Assembly: GCA_951406725.2 (NCBI GenBank)
Contig: OX597827.1
Span: 53,878,001 to 53,942,000 of the forward strand
Direction of reading: 5' to 3'
Length of the DNA: 64,000 bases
Origin: Octopus vulgaris
Lineage: Eukaryota
Positions 12,091 through 27,445 of this stretch are shown piece after piece; the first letter of the stretch is position 1; each line of letters starts with the position of its first letter. Below the pieces are notes generated by a model. That model searched no databases. It saw nothing but the letters and a program-made list of their open reading frames with translations, and was not told the DNA's origin. The translations under genes were made by a program, and so were the position numbers.

Positions 12091-13512
12091 ATCACTCTCC
12101 CACCCCATAGTATGTGTTTTTCTACCCTGAACATCCTATCTTAACTACAAAACAAAAATTAAAATAACAAAAAAAAAATGCTAAATGTTTAATTGAAAAG
12201 AGAGAAAAAAAATTTCAAAGAAAGTTAATGGGGGAAAATGGGAATGTTGATATATTGGTTTTGAAAGAATGTATGGATATGTCTTGCTACCTGTACAGTC
12301 CACCTTGTTATCATGAAAGTGTGGATATTGTCATTATAATAATGTGATTCAACAGATAAAATATTCAGTCGAAAGAAAAGTTTGGAAAATATTCTTCTTT
12401 AAACTTCCCATTTCTCCTATCAATTGAATGTGCACACATACACACACACACACATGCACACTAAATATATACACAAATTATTGGTTATATATATATATAT
12501 ATATATATATGCATATATATATAATATAGGTCTTAATAATTTCTCTCTAGACTTTGAAATCTCCTTCAAATTTTCTCATGTACGTACATGTGTATATGTT
12601 TATGTATATGAATATAAGTGTGTATATGTATATACATATATACACATGTGTATATATCTGTGTATATGTATATACATATATACACATGTGTATATATGTA
12701 TGCATATATATCTATGTATGTATGTGTACATATTTATTTATGTATGTCTCTATGTGTGCATGTGAGCTGTAATTGGTCAGTGAAACATGAACAGCAAACT
12801 TACCTCTAAAATGTGAAAAGTAGACAAAAATATATTTATTTGATAGTAATGCTGGTTTAGATAAATGCAATAGCTACAGCTACACAGTTGTGAATAAGAG
12901 TACCCTACCATTTTTTTGTGTTCTCTGTAGCATCAAACAAACAGTTGATTTGATGTATGTGAAACAGACTGGAAAGAAGCATTCGGATATGATATGCTGA
13001 CATATGGAACAAAGGTGGCCTAAAAGACTTTGTAAATAGACTGAAATTGTATTTAATGCTTTTAGATCTGCAAGGGAGAGAGAGCGAAATTCTCTTAAAT
13101 CTGAGTTCTGCTTTGTAGACAATTTAGGCCAGTTTAGGAATTTAAACCATATTTATTAGGGACTGTTTTCAGCTGGAAAAAATATCTGAGAGTTTAGCAT
13201 TGATACTAAAGGTCTGTTTTTTCAGTATATGGCAGCAGTTTATTCGAAGAGTTTGAGCTGACTTAAACTCTGTTCAAAGTGGATGATAGCTATGGTTGAT
13301 AATGAATATTTTCATCTATATGCACAAACATATTTTAGACTTTGCTATGTACAAAATTTTGGTGAAAACTGAACGAATGTTATATATAGGAACCTATTTA
13401 AACTAGCTGTGTGTGAAATTGGTTTAACCTTAAATTTAACAAGTGATCATTTCCTTAACTGAATTCTTTAAAACTTTGACACTGTTTACATGGATTAAAC
13501 ATTTTGCAGTTT

Positions 13513-13553
<41 letters not shown>

Positions 13554-16500
13554 AATGTAATCCATGCAATATTAGTGCAAAATTGAGCAGATGATACAAA
13601 TTTAAGTGGTTATAAATGGCCAGTAACAAAGCTAATTCTTAAATTATACATAGACCAGGTGTTGATTTCTACCTTGTACATTGGTTTCTATTAACTCAGT
13701 GGCTAGATTTACTTTAAATACTAGACTACTGATCATGATGAAATTTTTACTACAACATTCTTGGCGAAGTATATTATACTACTTGCTTGTTCTTAGCTAC
13801 AAGCCATAACAATGCTTTCATTTCAGTTAACTGGTTAGCACTAGGAAGGGCATCTAACTTGAAAGACCATATTGTTTTAGATATTCATCTACAGATAGCT
13901 AAATTTTACAAAGTCCATCCCATCCATCTAAGGATCTATACATTGTGTTAGCACTGTTGATGTTTTTCATGCAGTTGGCATTTCCAAATTATTTAATTCC
14001 TTTCCCATGTTTAAATTGAAGTGGAAGCGATTTGGAGTTGACTTGGACCAAGATAAAGGTTCTCTTGTGTGAATTGACAAGAGATTCAATGAAATGTTGT
14101 AACCTGAGCCAAGAGATTCTTTTGAAAATGAATATGAAAGCTATAAGGTAATAATTTTTTAAAGATGTTTACCATTTATCAAAATTTCAAGTAGGTATTC
14201 ATTGAAACTCACTATTCTTGAGAAATAACAAGTCTGTGAAACAGTTATTTTACAGATCTGCAAAAGAAAATTTGGAAGTTATATAAACCATAGGTAAGAT
14301 ATTCCATAGCAGATAAAGCAAGCAAGATGTTATTTTACAGGCTCATTTTATACTTTAATTATAAAAAAGGAGTGGTGATGCTGTAATTGTTCCTTGCTGC
14401 AGTAATTCTTATTCTTGGTAATAAGATAGGAAGGAGAAGCAGTGATATATGCTCAGTTTCAATTCTTCGGTTTCATTTAATCACTGATACCCTTGAGGAA
14501 AGCTTGAATACCTTAACTTCATATAAGTCTGGTCCATTTCTATTTAAGAATAAAACCCCCTTTATGTTGAAAGCTAATGTTTTTTGACAAGTTGAGTTTA
14601 AGATGGAACATGTTTGCAAACATGAAAATAACAAAATTTCAGAATTCTCAACAGTTGCTGCATCATCTTCAAATGCTCCATTTTCATGTAATGTGTGTGA
14701 AGTACAAAGCAGCTTGACAAGAGCATAAGAAGTAAATTGGTTTAGCCAGAAATCAAATTGAACCTGTGTTGTTGACTTTGCTTGCCAAAGGCTCTTGGTG
14801 CTCACACTGGTATACAGCAAGTGTCAGTGAGAAATAGAATCTGCTTACATATCAGAAAAAGGGAAAAAGTGAAGGCTTCCCTTCTCTGATAAATGGAAAA
14901 ATTAAGTCAGCATGTTTTGAGAATGGATAGTATCTAGTAACTCAGTAAATACATAGACAGAATTAAGAAATTTGTGAAACTGTGACTAGCCAGTGTATGA
15001 TGTAGATCTGACAGATCAAAAGAAGTAGGTGAGATATACTGATTTGTTTTAGTATCATCTTGATGTGTGAGAACTGGAGATAGTTTTTAGTAACGAAAAT
15101 AGTTTTTTAAAGGGATTGACAAAAATTCAGGTTTATTTATTATCTGTTTCCCTTTTAAAATTATGGTTTCATTGATAAAGCTCTTTCTTAACTATAAAAT
15201 CCCTTACTGAGCACATGAGATTATGTATGTAATGCTCAGGTACTCAGTAAAAAAAAACCCAAAAGGGTTAATGTGCTACAATTGTTATAAGAATTGCATA
15301 GTACTTATGCTCTCCCTTGCACTTTTAGGTGATATGCTCAGATACACATGGACACAATGCCTTGCCTTATATTTCCAATTCAAATCCTATGTAATTGATA
15401 AAATGAATACCAGTCATGATCTGATGTCGACTAAGTTGGCGAACTGTCTACCCTGACAAGTCTGTGATCTTGTGATGATACAAGAAACCATTATCTGATA
15501 AATTTGGCTTCCTAATGGTGTTAATTCTTCATCTTTTATCCTAAGAAAAATAGTTTCCATTACAATATGTACTTTTGTTCATTTTCTTACTAAATATACG
15601 TCTTCTTTTGATTGGAGTTTTCTAGGAGCAATGAAATAGTTGTTTATTGTAGCAGCTAAATTTTCTCCATGCTCTTCAACATCTCTTTGAAATGAGATCC
15701 CATATTTTAAAAGTTTCAGACATGTTCTGAATATAGGATGAACATAGTAGGAAACATCAGGCTTACATATACACACCTGTAATATGACTGTTGTAAACTA
15801 CTTACCTATTAAAATCTGCAGGTAACTTTCTATCTTATTGTCTACTCAGTCACCTTGAAAATAAAAACTCATAGCCACTGAATAGAAGAAAATCTTTTCA
15901 AGAACTGTAGCTTTATATTACATAATTAACCACTTCTTTTTATAATACATATTATAAACAAACAATGACATCCATATGTAAAGTAAAATAGTTGAACATC
16001 AAATGTCTATTTTCTTCCTGAATATTTGCAACCAGCTGTTTTTATTAATGGATGATTTGCTCCATTAATTTCAAAGAACAATGAAAATGGGGTTGTGATA
16101 TTTTTTTTATGTATAATCTATAAACAGTAAAATATTTGAAAGTGATACAAAACTAAGAACATGAAACCATATTCTTTACTTATCCTTATCTGTCTCTTAA
16201 TTTTTTTTTTAATGCCCTGTAATCCTTCAGCTTTCAAGTTCGACTATAGTCAGATAATGCAAGTACAAAGAGTGAAGAATAATGCTACAACTGGAAATCA
16301 AACCAGTGACTTTATGGTTCTTGTATGTTTTAGTGTCCAAATTTCATTCTGGCCAACTTGATATTTGATTTCTTTACATCAGTTATTTCTGCTACCTTAG
16401 TGGTTTTGTCCATTAAAACAGGTCATCTCATTTTCCTATAATTAAAATTTTCTTTTCAAAGGTATCAGATGCTAAGATTTTTATCTATTACTGAATCTGT

Positions 16501-18938
16501 TAATGCATCTCTAAAGTCTGTGGATACATACATCATCTAGTGTCTGTTGATTAGAGAACACATTACACATACCTGTTCAGTGTTCTGCGAATCTAAGCTT
16601 CTACACCTGGAAAGTTCCCCTCTAAAGTGCGTCACTGGTAAAGGTTTTCTTCATTTCTTTTTTATGGAACACCATGAGGTGTCCATGCATGTATGTCTCT
16701 TCTCTTCATGCCACTGATGCTGTCGAGAAATAGGCAAGGGCCAGTACAACTTCCTAGAAATGCCAAATCAGATATTACCATCAGAATGCTAAGAGATGGA
16801 ACATGTACTGCAAGGCGTCTCCTAGAGCTCTAACAATTTTACCAATCTGCTTCTCTGAACTGGTATTTTATTTATCAACTTTAAGTGGCTGAAAGGCAAA
16901 GTCAATCTGGGTGGGATTTGAACACACAGACAATGATAGGGTTCACAATCATCCAGGAGTTAACTGTCCAATATTTAGATATCTGCTCTGCTATTTCATT
17001 TCTGTACTGTCCATCCAATCAGTCTAAATATAACACTGGTGTATCATCTATCTTGCTTTGCTTTTCTTCATGAATGAAAAAAAAAAGGAAAGACAGTGTT
17101 CCTATCTTATCTATACATGATACAATGGTTACTTCAATAAAACTTTATGGAGAGAGTATTGTTAATAATCTGAAAGTCTTGAAGGAACCATTTTTGTTAT
17201 CATTAGTTTTTTTTAAATAAATATGTGACTAAGAAACAAAATTTAAAATTTTATTTTATGAAACTTAACTAATTCTGGTTCAGATTTAATTTTAGTCTTA
17301 ATTTTATTTTTTAGTTTGGTAGATGCACCCCACTTTTTTTTTTTTTTTTTTCTGGATAGTGTTTTCAAATAACAAATATCAGTGGAGTATCTATTCTTCA
17401 CTCTTTTCTGTTCGCCTGTAGCTGCTGTTCATGTTATCCTCAAATTCCCTTCTTTGTCTCTTTGTCTTTTATATGCAAATTTTTTGAAGACTGATATCCA
17501 CCTAAAAACTACTGATATATGAAAAACACATTTTCACCTGCCTTCCTTGAAATCCTCATTAATTCTAGATCAGAGTTTGCAAATGGATTCTTAGAGATGA
17601 TGTTTAAATTTGCATTTTTGATCAGAAATCAAATATGATGTTGATTATTTTATGCAAGTCCTTGAATCGGATGCTGAAAATAAATAAGACTAATAATTCT
17701 CTCCCTCTCTCTCTCATCAAATGTACATGGTATATCAAGAAAGAAAATGTTATTATTTTGCATTGCTCTGTTCTGTACTGTAAACGTTCCAAATTTCTTG
17801 AACACTCATGAAAAAATATTTTGTTTAATTTGTTCTGTTAAATGTCACTGTGGTTGTAGATTTGGATTAAGTTTATTTGTCAAAAAGGAAAAAAAAAAAA
17901 ATAATGAATAAAATATCCCCTCTTTATATTTGAACTTATTTTAAGCTATTTATGAATTCCTGTTTAACTTAAATTTGAAATATAGTATTATTAATCCATC
18001 CTATCTTAACACAATTTACTTGTAAATTATTCTTCAAAAGCAAACAAATAACAAAAAGAAAGGAAGAAGATTTTAAGTTGGCTTCTATTTTAGAAGAGGA
18101 ATTCTAGTTAAAAATGCATTGCATAAAGAGAAAGAAGACAGGAATGTGGCAGCCATGATGATGTTCCATAGCACGAAATCAGGGATAAAAATAGTCGTGC
18201 TTTGGGTGCCTTGTTTCTATTCTATCCTCTTCTTATCCATTCTAGATTGGTGCGCTCAAAAGTAAATAGATATAAAGAAACTTATTTTGTTTACATTGCA
18301 TTATTTCAGCATTGTGAGTTGTAATTGGCAGAAAAAGTAGAGGTGCTTGACTGCTTTAAAGAATTTAGTCCTGTACCTCTACATTCTGAATTCAAATCCT
18401 ACCCAAGACTGATGAAATAAGTACCAACAGTATACAGCAGTTGATTCAGTTTGCTGTATTTTCCTCTTTTGCAAAAAAAAAAAAAAAATTCTCTTGTGAG
18501 ACAAAACTTATTTGATCAAATGAAGGTTATGGATTTAAATTATTTTATTTTCAATTAAAATAACAGCAAATGTTAAATTTCTCTCACTCACACATGCAGA
18601 CATACATTTTAAAATAATTTTAAGAATGAAAGTGTCTACATTAAGATTTATTTAAATTTTTTTTTCTTAAGCAAGTGTGAAGGCTTGTAAAATATTAATT
18701 TCTGGAAACCAGTTTAGAGAATGTTTTTCTCCTCATATCATTGATGTCTCTTGTTTTTTAATCATTCATGTTTTGTTTTCTATTTTATTTTCTCTATTGT
18801 CCATGTCTTTCCACTTTTTTATATTGTCTTCACTTTTTATGCCTTCTATTTAATTCATTTCATCAAGCACACTACCCTGTACACAAACATACACATATAC
18901 ATGTATATACACATACATATATACACACACACACATAT

Positions 18939-18983
<45 letters not shown>

Positions 18984-21519
18984 CACACACACACACACAC
19001 ATAGACACTCTCACACACACACATACCTATAAATATATATGTATGTGTATATATATATATGTCTGCCTGTCCAGAAATCAGTTAGTACAATCTTAGATAT
19101 TAAAAGAGGATATATATTATTTATTAATTACCATTATTTTACCAATCATCCCCTCCCTACAAAAAAAAACAACAAAAAACAAACAAAAGCAGACATTGCT
19201 GAGTAAATTGTGCTGTTATTCAACCAATCTTGTCTGCGCTTGAAACCAGTCGGATGTCAGTATAGCCGAATGAAAAGATATTTATTTGGCTCATACATAC
19301 AAAGTAGGGTTCTGTCATGGATTGTTGCTTTAAAGTTGACTCTACCCCCTGTTTAGTGACCATCTGTGATGTGAATCTGAAGTGTTAGAGAAACAAATTC
19401 ATTACAACTCAAGCCTTAGCTTCCAACCTTCATGTAGTCATAGAATATCAAACTTCTAAAAGATTATAAGTACATCCTATTTTATGAATGGAAATTATTT
19501 AAAACAACCAAACAAAAAAAATTAATAATAAAGAAAAGAAAACTGATAAATAAATAAATAAATAAATTCCTGCAATATTTTTATGTCATTTTTTTTTTTT
19601 AATTTTCTTTTTTTCATTGATTTATATAAAATTCTTCACAATATAATTGAGAAAGTTAATATATTGTCAATGAGTAAAAGCTTAAACTTTTTGTAAAAAG
19701 TGAAATATGAATTGCTTCCTTTGCACCAATCTTGATCCTCATCCTAAACTAAAGCTTCTACATTCACCATATCACCATATAGATTGTTTTCTAGCTGATT
19801 TGTTGTTTAACCACACTTTCTGTATTGTTTCTTTATATATGTATATTTAATTTTAATTCCCCATTTAAAATAAATCCAGAAACTCAGGTTGTGCCACTTG
19901 CTTGTCATCTAAAAGCTGCTTCAATATTACTAACCTTAAATTCCTCTGTATAATTAATAAGAAGGATCAGTGTTGTTTATAAAACTTATGGTCCACTTCT
20001 GAAAGAACTGCTTAATGCCGTATGATGGTTCAAAATTCAGATTAACATTGTTACACCATGAAACATTAGTAATTCCTACCTACTATTTTAATCTTAATTT
20101 TTTTTAATCACTAGAAGAAAGATGTGTTTTGTTTGAGAAATGATTTCTCCATTACAAAAAAAAATATATTTCCATTGATATTTGGCTGGAAACAAAAAAA
20201 CTCAAATTCAGAAGCTCAGAGTTGTCAATTCAATGTTTGTCTTAAATTGTATGAATGCATTTAGCACCCCACAAAAAATATGACTGTGTACAAAATTATA
20301 TCTCTATTTTCAATATTGGGGAAACTTTCTTTCAATATGAATGGACTTATCCTTGCCCCTAAATGAATTTTTTTAAAAATTTTGTTTTTAGATTTATTTT
20401 TTTTTCCTCAAAAAAGGGAATCTCACTCTCTTCCCTGTTTCCCTTACTCTCTACATGACCTAAACTTGAAGAATTGAGTAGGTGGGATATGTATATAAAG
20501 TGATATTTTATGATAATGTTCTTATAAGAAAGAAAGAAAGAACAATATATAATAATTTCAAAATACTAAATAATTTTACAAATTTTAAGTTTCAAGCCCC
20601 TCGTGTGGCAAAAAAAGAAAAAAAGAAGTTAACTGTAATTTTAATTATCTTCCCTTATAATCACTCAGTATTTCATTTGTTGTTAATAATCTGAATAGAT
20701 TATTTATCCTGTGAAACCAACAACAACAAAAATGACATCTAATCATCTCTATTTATGTTCTAAGAACATCTCATAACAATCTGATCATTCTGTTTCTTGT
20801 TCTTACACTACCCCCTTTTTTTTTTTTATAATTTCTGCATTTTTCCGTGTTTTTTTTTTCTTTGCTGGCTCCTATCTGTAATAAGAATGTTCAACAAATA
20901 TTTTGTTAGTTTTTAATTTTTTTTCAGTCATTATTTAATCCCTCATCCCCTTTTCTTTTTTTTATTTTTACCCTCACTGTTTCCATTTTCAAGTTTGTAT
21001 TTGAAGTGAAGTCTCATCAACAAACTGTTCACTCCCTTCCTCTTTTTCTCTGCCACTTTTTATGAGAAGAAAATTGATATAATTCCATGAATTTCAATCT
21101 TTCAATCCATTTTCTGTACACTTCAGCCATAATTAGTCACTATAGGTCATCATATTCTAATGCTTTATGGCTGTCCCTGTTTCTGTTAGTGCCTCTTTTA
21201 TCTTTGTCTTGTGTTTAGATGTCCTATTTGCTGGTGTGATAGATTCACTTTAATGACAGTCACCTAATTCTGTATTGGAATGTATTCTGACAGAAACCTG
21301 TTAGAGAATATTAAATGTATTCTGGAGAACAAATTTATATATGTTAAAGCTTTTTTTTAATATATATCTCTTTAAATGTATGTATGTTTGCATGGCTGTG
21401 TGTTAACGAGGGTTTTAAGTACCCAATGTGTAATTAGTTATAACTACACACAGACAAAAGAAGAAATATTTGAATATTTATTTGTATTAAATGGAGAAAA
21501 AATACACACACACACACAC

Positions 21520-21551
<32 letters not shown>

Positions 21552-21663
21552 AATATATATGTATTTATATATTATATATATATATATTCTTTTTTCAATA
21601 TTTGACAAAGGAAAACAGATTCCATTCTGAACGGTTTGTTATTTGGGTCTTACTTTAAATAGA

Positions 21664-21802
21664 AATAAATGTATTTTGTTTCAAAATGGTTTATATTTAT
21701 TCCCTGCACTTCCCACCCATCTGTGTGCTCTTCTATCTAACATTCATTTCAATAAATCTTGTTTTGTAACTCTACTAAACATTACAGGTTTTAAGGAATA
21801 AA
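21664..21802 (+). promoter_or_regulatory. Cluster of candidate polyadenylation signals (AATAAA at 21664, 21751, 21797)
   Basis: AATAAA followed by T/GT-rich sequence at the end of the repeat-poor block downstream of the ZNF stop codon. AATAAA is common by chance in this AT-rich DNA. Confidence 0.3.
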
Positions 21803-22802
21803 ATATAAAAATATGATATTTTAAAAAAAAAGTTAATCTTCCAGTTTGATGGATAGTTTTAGAAATTAATTGCAACGATATATGGATAATCTTGATTTCT
21901 TTCTCTCTCCTCTCTTTTTGCACAATTTTTTGCTTTTGAAATGTTTGTCTAGTCTAACGAATGAAAAGATCTTGAACACCCAACAAAAACATTGGTTGTT
22001 ATCTCTAAACAAGACACTCCTCTTCCTCATTAACACATTAGCAATCTATACAAATATTCTGCTCGAAAAGAATGCTTTATTTTACACATCGTCTTGTTAA
22101 TTTCATTTCATTTTATTTATTAATTTTTTGTCTTGCATTGGTATTATGTGGTGAAAGAACTTCACCTAACAACTGTGCAAAGCTTTCTTATAAATTTTAA
22201 TCCTTTATAGGTGCAAGCATTGCTGACTGTTTAAGAAGTTCACTAAGCAACCACATGATTCTAAGTTCAGTTTCCCTGAGCTGTCACCTTTTGCAGTGTC
22301 TTCCATAGCCTCAGGTTGACCAGTATACTTTGTGTTGAATGTGGTGGACAGAAACTTCAGAAGCCCATCTTATTTGTATGTGTCTATGTATGGCACGATA
22401 CTACCAGCTAAAATACCACTGTTGTAACAAAAGTAACTTGGCCAATTGGTAAAGTAGACATCAAAAATAAGTACTGGATTCAATGACGATTGACTGCAGT
22501 TCTTGAAAGGTGATACACTTCAACACGGCTATGATGCAGTAACTGAAACTAATGAAAGGAAATGATACATATGAAAATTTTCTCTTTATTTTTGATGGGG
22601 AAAGTTGGATTCTCTGTTCTTCATTTTGAAGTTTTAGATGATTTAAATTATCATGTTTCTTTGAATATGGTTGGGTTTTGTACGATGTTCAATAATTGCC
22701 ATATCCAATCTTTCTCTGTGAAACAAATCAGTGTTGTATGGTAACTGTAGAGATAAACTCTATTATTTACTAAATCTATTTTACTAAATACCTTACCAAT
22801 CT

Positions 22803-23019
22803 TTAAACCTTTTAGCATTTAAACCAGCCATATCTGGCCAAAATATTTTACCTGCTTTTATGTTCATATTAGCTAAATCTAGCCTATATTATCAGTCTAA
22901 AAATTAACAATCACAATTATTAAAATCTCAAATTCACAAGATAATGCATGATTAATTCAAAACAATGTGAATATATAAGCACTACATTTTACAGAGTAAT
23001 ATGAATGCTAAAGGGTTAG
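22803..23019. mobile_element. piggyBac-type MITE (family A)
   Basis: Colinear with 4469-4696; ends TTAAACCTTTTAGCATT...AATGCTAAAGGGTTAG. Confidence 0.8.
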
Positions 23020-25033
23020 ATGAACATTTTGATAACTTTAAAGATACCACATTTAGTTACAAGATTTCAAAATGTTATCTTGCACTTGGTTCATTTGTTA
23101 AAGGCGATGTTCTCAATTGTCCTTTTTGTAATTTACCCCATTCATTAGGTAATAACTAAATATATAATCTGTTCTGCAATGTTTTGAAACACTGCATTCT
23201 TGTCACCAAACGATTGCTCCATTTGTTACTTACGCTAAATCCTGAAAAAAAAAGTTATTTGAAAACCTTTTAAAATTTGATAATCACACTTTTCCAAGAA
23301 AAGTGTAGCTTACTGGCTGAATAGAAAATGGCTCAGACTTCATTACTTGAGCTCCATTTGCATCCTTGGTTAAGACACTTGACCTTCCATGATTCAGTCT
23401 CCTAAGTAGTGAAGTTCATGAATTTGGGATAATTTTACATTGCATCAGAGGAGGGATCTGATGTTTTAGGACTGACTTTCCATCCCAAACAAAGAAATTT
23501 CTTAACTCAGATGGAGGATCTGAATTTTTTTTTTTTTTTTGCCTTGATGGCGGCAGAAATTATCTAAACTCAAGACACTGTATAATTTTTGCTGACAAAG
23601 ACCACCAACAGTTTCTGAATCTACTGTGTTTTACACATAGATAGATATCTATAGTTTGTAGTAGTGATTCTGTTTGTGTTCATAAGCAGCAGGAATACTG
23701 TGTAATTGACTCTACTCAGCTGAGATTAAATCTCCCATGAAGAAAGCCTGCTGATGAAGTAATGACTTAACTGGGAAACAGTGGATTAAAAAAACGGGAA
23801 AGGAAAAAGCATCACATAAGTTTATAGAAAAGAGTCTGATTTCCTTTTTGTATACGCCTAAACTTATTTATTTAAACTGCAGTATTGCACCTGATATTAC
23901 ATTTTCCATGTTTTATTCATGTGGATCACTGATACAGCAGCTAACATTTTTATTGGTCAGGTTTCATAATATTAAGTTATGAATTTTACAATGGCTCCAT
24001 ATACCAGTGAGGTACTTATAATTGTGTCCTTGCACATCGATCAATTCTATATTATCTTTATTTTTCACAAACAAAATTCGCTATTCTAAAACATCTCCCT
24101 CTCGAAGAAATGTTTGTAATTTTGCTATATGAGCTTACTTTTCCACTCCTTATATTTTTATTTTCTGTAGCTTTTTACCATGACATCTAAAGCCATGCTG
24201 GAGCAATACTATCATTTATAACTAAATTGTTGGTTTCTTAAATTTACAGTTACTACCTATAGATAGATTTAAATCAGTAATGGAAACAAAATTGGATAAA
24301 TGATGATGTGGTGGGGTTTTAAGATCTTAATAGTCCTTAGTTGTTTAAATCTGAAATATATGAACATTTGTACTCCGGTACTGTTATAGATCTGTGGACA
24401 AGACATTTAACTTCTTAGTTTAAGTCATTTAGCTGGAAATATTTCATGTGTAAGTATAACATTATAATTAACCACTGCACTTTCTGCAATAGATATTGAA
24501 ATTAGCAGGATCCCTATTCCTTGAGCTTCAAAGGTATAGAGAAAAGATAAGAGGAAAGCAAATTTGGAAGCCAAACATAAGGTACACTTTCTCATCCTGT
24601 ATCACTCTTGGTTTATTAATTTTAATATTTTCATTTGCAAATGAAAGGAAAAGTAAGTTTTAATACTTCTACATGATTACTTCACCTGCAAGAAATAGCA
24701 GTCAAGTTTCTATTACATGCTAAGTTTTGGAAAGAGGAAGGACATGCAATAATATGGTTCTTCAGACAGCCTGGAAAGAAAAGAAAAGAAAAGACTGGAT
24801 GATCTCATCTGGAATGCCTTTAAGCTAAACAATAGCAAATGTGTTAATTATGCATTCTTCTCAACAGATGATTATAAAGAGGCCTAGTAAGTCTGGTATA
24901 ACTTTTCACTTCGTCTATTCTAGTTAATGTAAGATGGCTTCACTAACCTCACCAAGCTCTAACTACAGAGCTGAGCTTGGCACTATAAGCTAACAAAACT
25001 GTTTATTGTACTTACTAGTACTGATCTCTAATT

Positions 25034-25440
25034 GTGGAGGGAACGTATGGAAGGGGTAGACCCAGGAAGACATGGAACAAAGTGCTGAGAAAGGATCTTC
25101 AGATGTTGGGCCTCACAGAGGGGATGACTGGACAGATTTCTGATGGCTTGCTGTGCTGTAGAAGACACGTCAAGCTAAGTAAAATCATGGTTGTCATTAC
25201 ATACAGGCATGTTCCCTACATCCCTTTGCAGCTGAGCGATCCTAATTTTGCAGACTCATGGGTGCTGGTACCATGTAAAAAGCATCCGTGCTGGTGCTAC
25301 ATAAAAGCACCTAGTATGCTCTATACAAAGGTTGGCATTATGAAAGGTATCAAGCTGTAGAAAACAGACATGGAGTCCAGGCAGCTTCTGTCAAACTCTA
25401 ACCCATGCTAGTATGGAAAAACAGACGTTAAATGATGATG
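25034..25440 (+). mobile_element. 5'-truncated RTE LINE (RT C-terminus plus 3' UTR)
   Basis: Peptide EGTYGRGRPRKTWNKVLRKDLQMLGL, typical of the RTE ORF C-terminus, then CCCATGCTAGTATGGAAAAACAGACGTTAAATGATGATG. Confidence 0.85.
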
Positions 25441-26101
25441 TTTATTGTACTACTAGTTTATCAGGTTGTTTTTACATATGACTAGGTTGATTTAGCCATT
25501 TAGATTAAAATGCCTTTTTCATGGGTATCATGTGGTGCAAAATGTTTTGGTAGTTCAGTGTTGCCTGATAATCTATTAACTTTGTTATCTGCACACTGAA
25601 TTACATAAATACTATATCTGTTAGCAAGTTTTGGGTAGTACTACTTACCCATAGTTCTTTCATATTTCTGTAAAACTACATAAAATAATTTATGATTGGC
25701 CTGGTCAGCTCTTTTGAAGCAGATGCATAATCTAAGTAGCTAGCCAAATATTTGGGAGTAGCTTGTCAATCATGTTCTATGTTTCATCCAAAGAAGACTT
25801 TTCTGTATATTACTTGCTTGACAATTTCAACGTTGCAGTCAAACCTTTCTCTAGCACCTAGTTAGAAACTGAAGCAAGCAAAAATCTCACAAGGCATGAT
25901 GGACAGAATTATTTCAGGTAGAAAACTAATCAGATGATTCAAGAAAACAAATCTGTACTGATTGATTGCTGTTAAAAGAAATGGAAAGCAATAAGATGTA
26001 TCAACCTGACATTCAACAACCAAAGCATACCATACACAGATGAAAATAGAAGCTACATACAACTCCTCCAGAACATTTCCAACATGTAGAAGGCACAAAG
26101 T

Positions 26102-26347
26102 GGAGGTGCAATGGCCCAGTGGTTAGGGCAGTGGACTCGTGGTTTCGATTCCCAGACCGGGCGTTGTGTGTGTTTATTGAGCGAAAAAAGCTGTTGTACT
26201 CTTCTGCCCCAACTTTCTCTCACTCTTCCTGTTTCTTGAGTAACGCTGCGATGGACTGGTGTCCCGTCCAGCTGAGAGGAACACATACGCCATAGAAACC
26301 GGGCCCATGAGCCTGGGTAGGCTTGAAAAGGGCACATAAATAAATAA
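26102..26347 (+). mobile_element. tRNA-derived SINE with Meta/V-like central motif
   Basis: Head TGGCCCAGTGGTTAGGG...GTTTCGATTCCC; motif CTGCGATGGACTGGTGTCCCGTCCAG; (TAAA)n tail. Related sequence at 34185-34420. Confidence 0.75.
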
Positions 26348-27063
26348 GAAGGCACAATAAAGCCAAACAACATGAGCAGTAACAAGTGGGAAGAAATAAT
26401 AACATGCAAACAATTCATTTGATTTATCATAAACTATGCCATATCAAACTAGACCCCACTGCTCTCACCCCAATATATAGAAACAACATAAAATTATACA
26501 CTACAGATAAGTATATAGACCACTAGCACTATGAAACAAAAAATTCTAATGAAAACCAGGCAGTCCCTCACAGATCACTATTTTCACCAAACGTTGCCCT
26601 CCACATTCCTTGTTATTGCATGGAAAATTACCTCCAAATATGCCAGAACACTACATCATCAGGAAAATATCTTTCCCATTCAGTCCGGATAAACATAAAG
26701 TACAAACACGCACAGAAATAAGTACATCAATAACCTTTATACACCTACTGCAGGGATGCGCACACCATCACCAGATATAGAGAAACTGCAATTATCATAC
26801 TATAGCCAAATCTACCTTACCTGCCACCACCAGTCTGGGCAAATGGAGGATAGTAGGTCATGGTGAAAGTGCAATGTGCCCAAGCTGTCCTGCTATTGCC
26901 CAGAGGAATCATCATAAACAGCATGGCCCTCAGCTAGGAAGGTGAATCTGTTACACCCTATTGCTTGACTAACTGTATATCATAGGATCACACATATAAG
27001 TATGGCCTAGAATTCAGTGTTTGCTGTAATTTAGAGAGAAGTGAATGTGTGTCATTGATGTCA

Positions 27064-27445
27064 AAGCTTGGCCTTTCTAGAATTTTTGATGATGTACATA
27101 GGAAGGTGATGGGTCTGAATGATTTTACTTCGCTTGAGATTTCTTGGACTTTGGAATTAAGCTTGGCCTTTCTAGAATTTTTGATGATGTACATAGGAAG
27201 GTGATGGGTCTGAATGATTTTACTTCTCTTGAGATTTATTGGACTTTGGAATTAAGCTTGGCCTTTCTAGAATTTTTGATGATGTACATAGGAAGGTGAT
27301 GGGTCTGAATGATTTTACTTCACTTGAGATTTATTGGACTTTGGAATTAAGCTTGGCCTTTCTAGAATTTTTGATGATGTACATAGGAAGGTGATGGGTC
27401 TGAATGATTTTACTTCACTTGAGATTTATTGGACTTTGGAATTAA
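27064..27445. repeat. Tandem repeat, 4 x 95 bp
   Basis: Unit starts AAGCTTGGCC at 27064, 27159, 27254 and 27349; copies differ at only a few positions. Confidence 0.97.

Noticed and set aside
11043-12809. Many overlapping Y/I/C/V/H/T-rich ORFs
   Set aside because: Translations of TA/TG microsatellites.
27064-27445. CRISPR-like regular array
   Set aside because: Units are contiguous with no unique spacers, the context is eukaryotic, and there are no cas genes.
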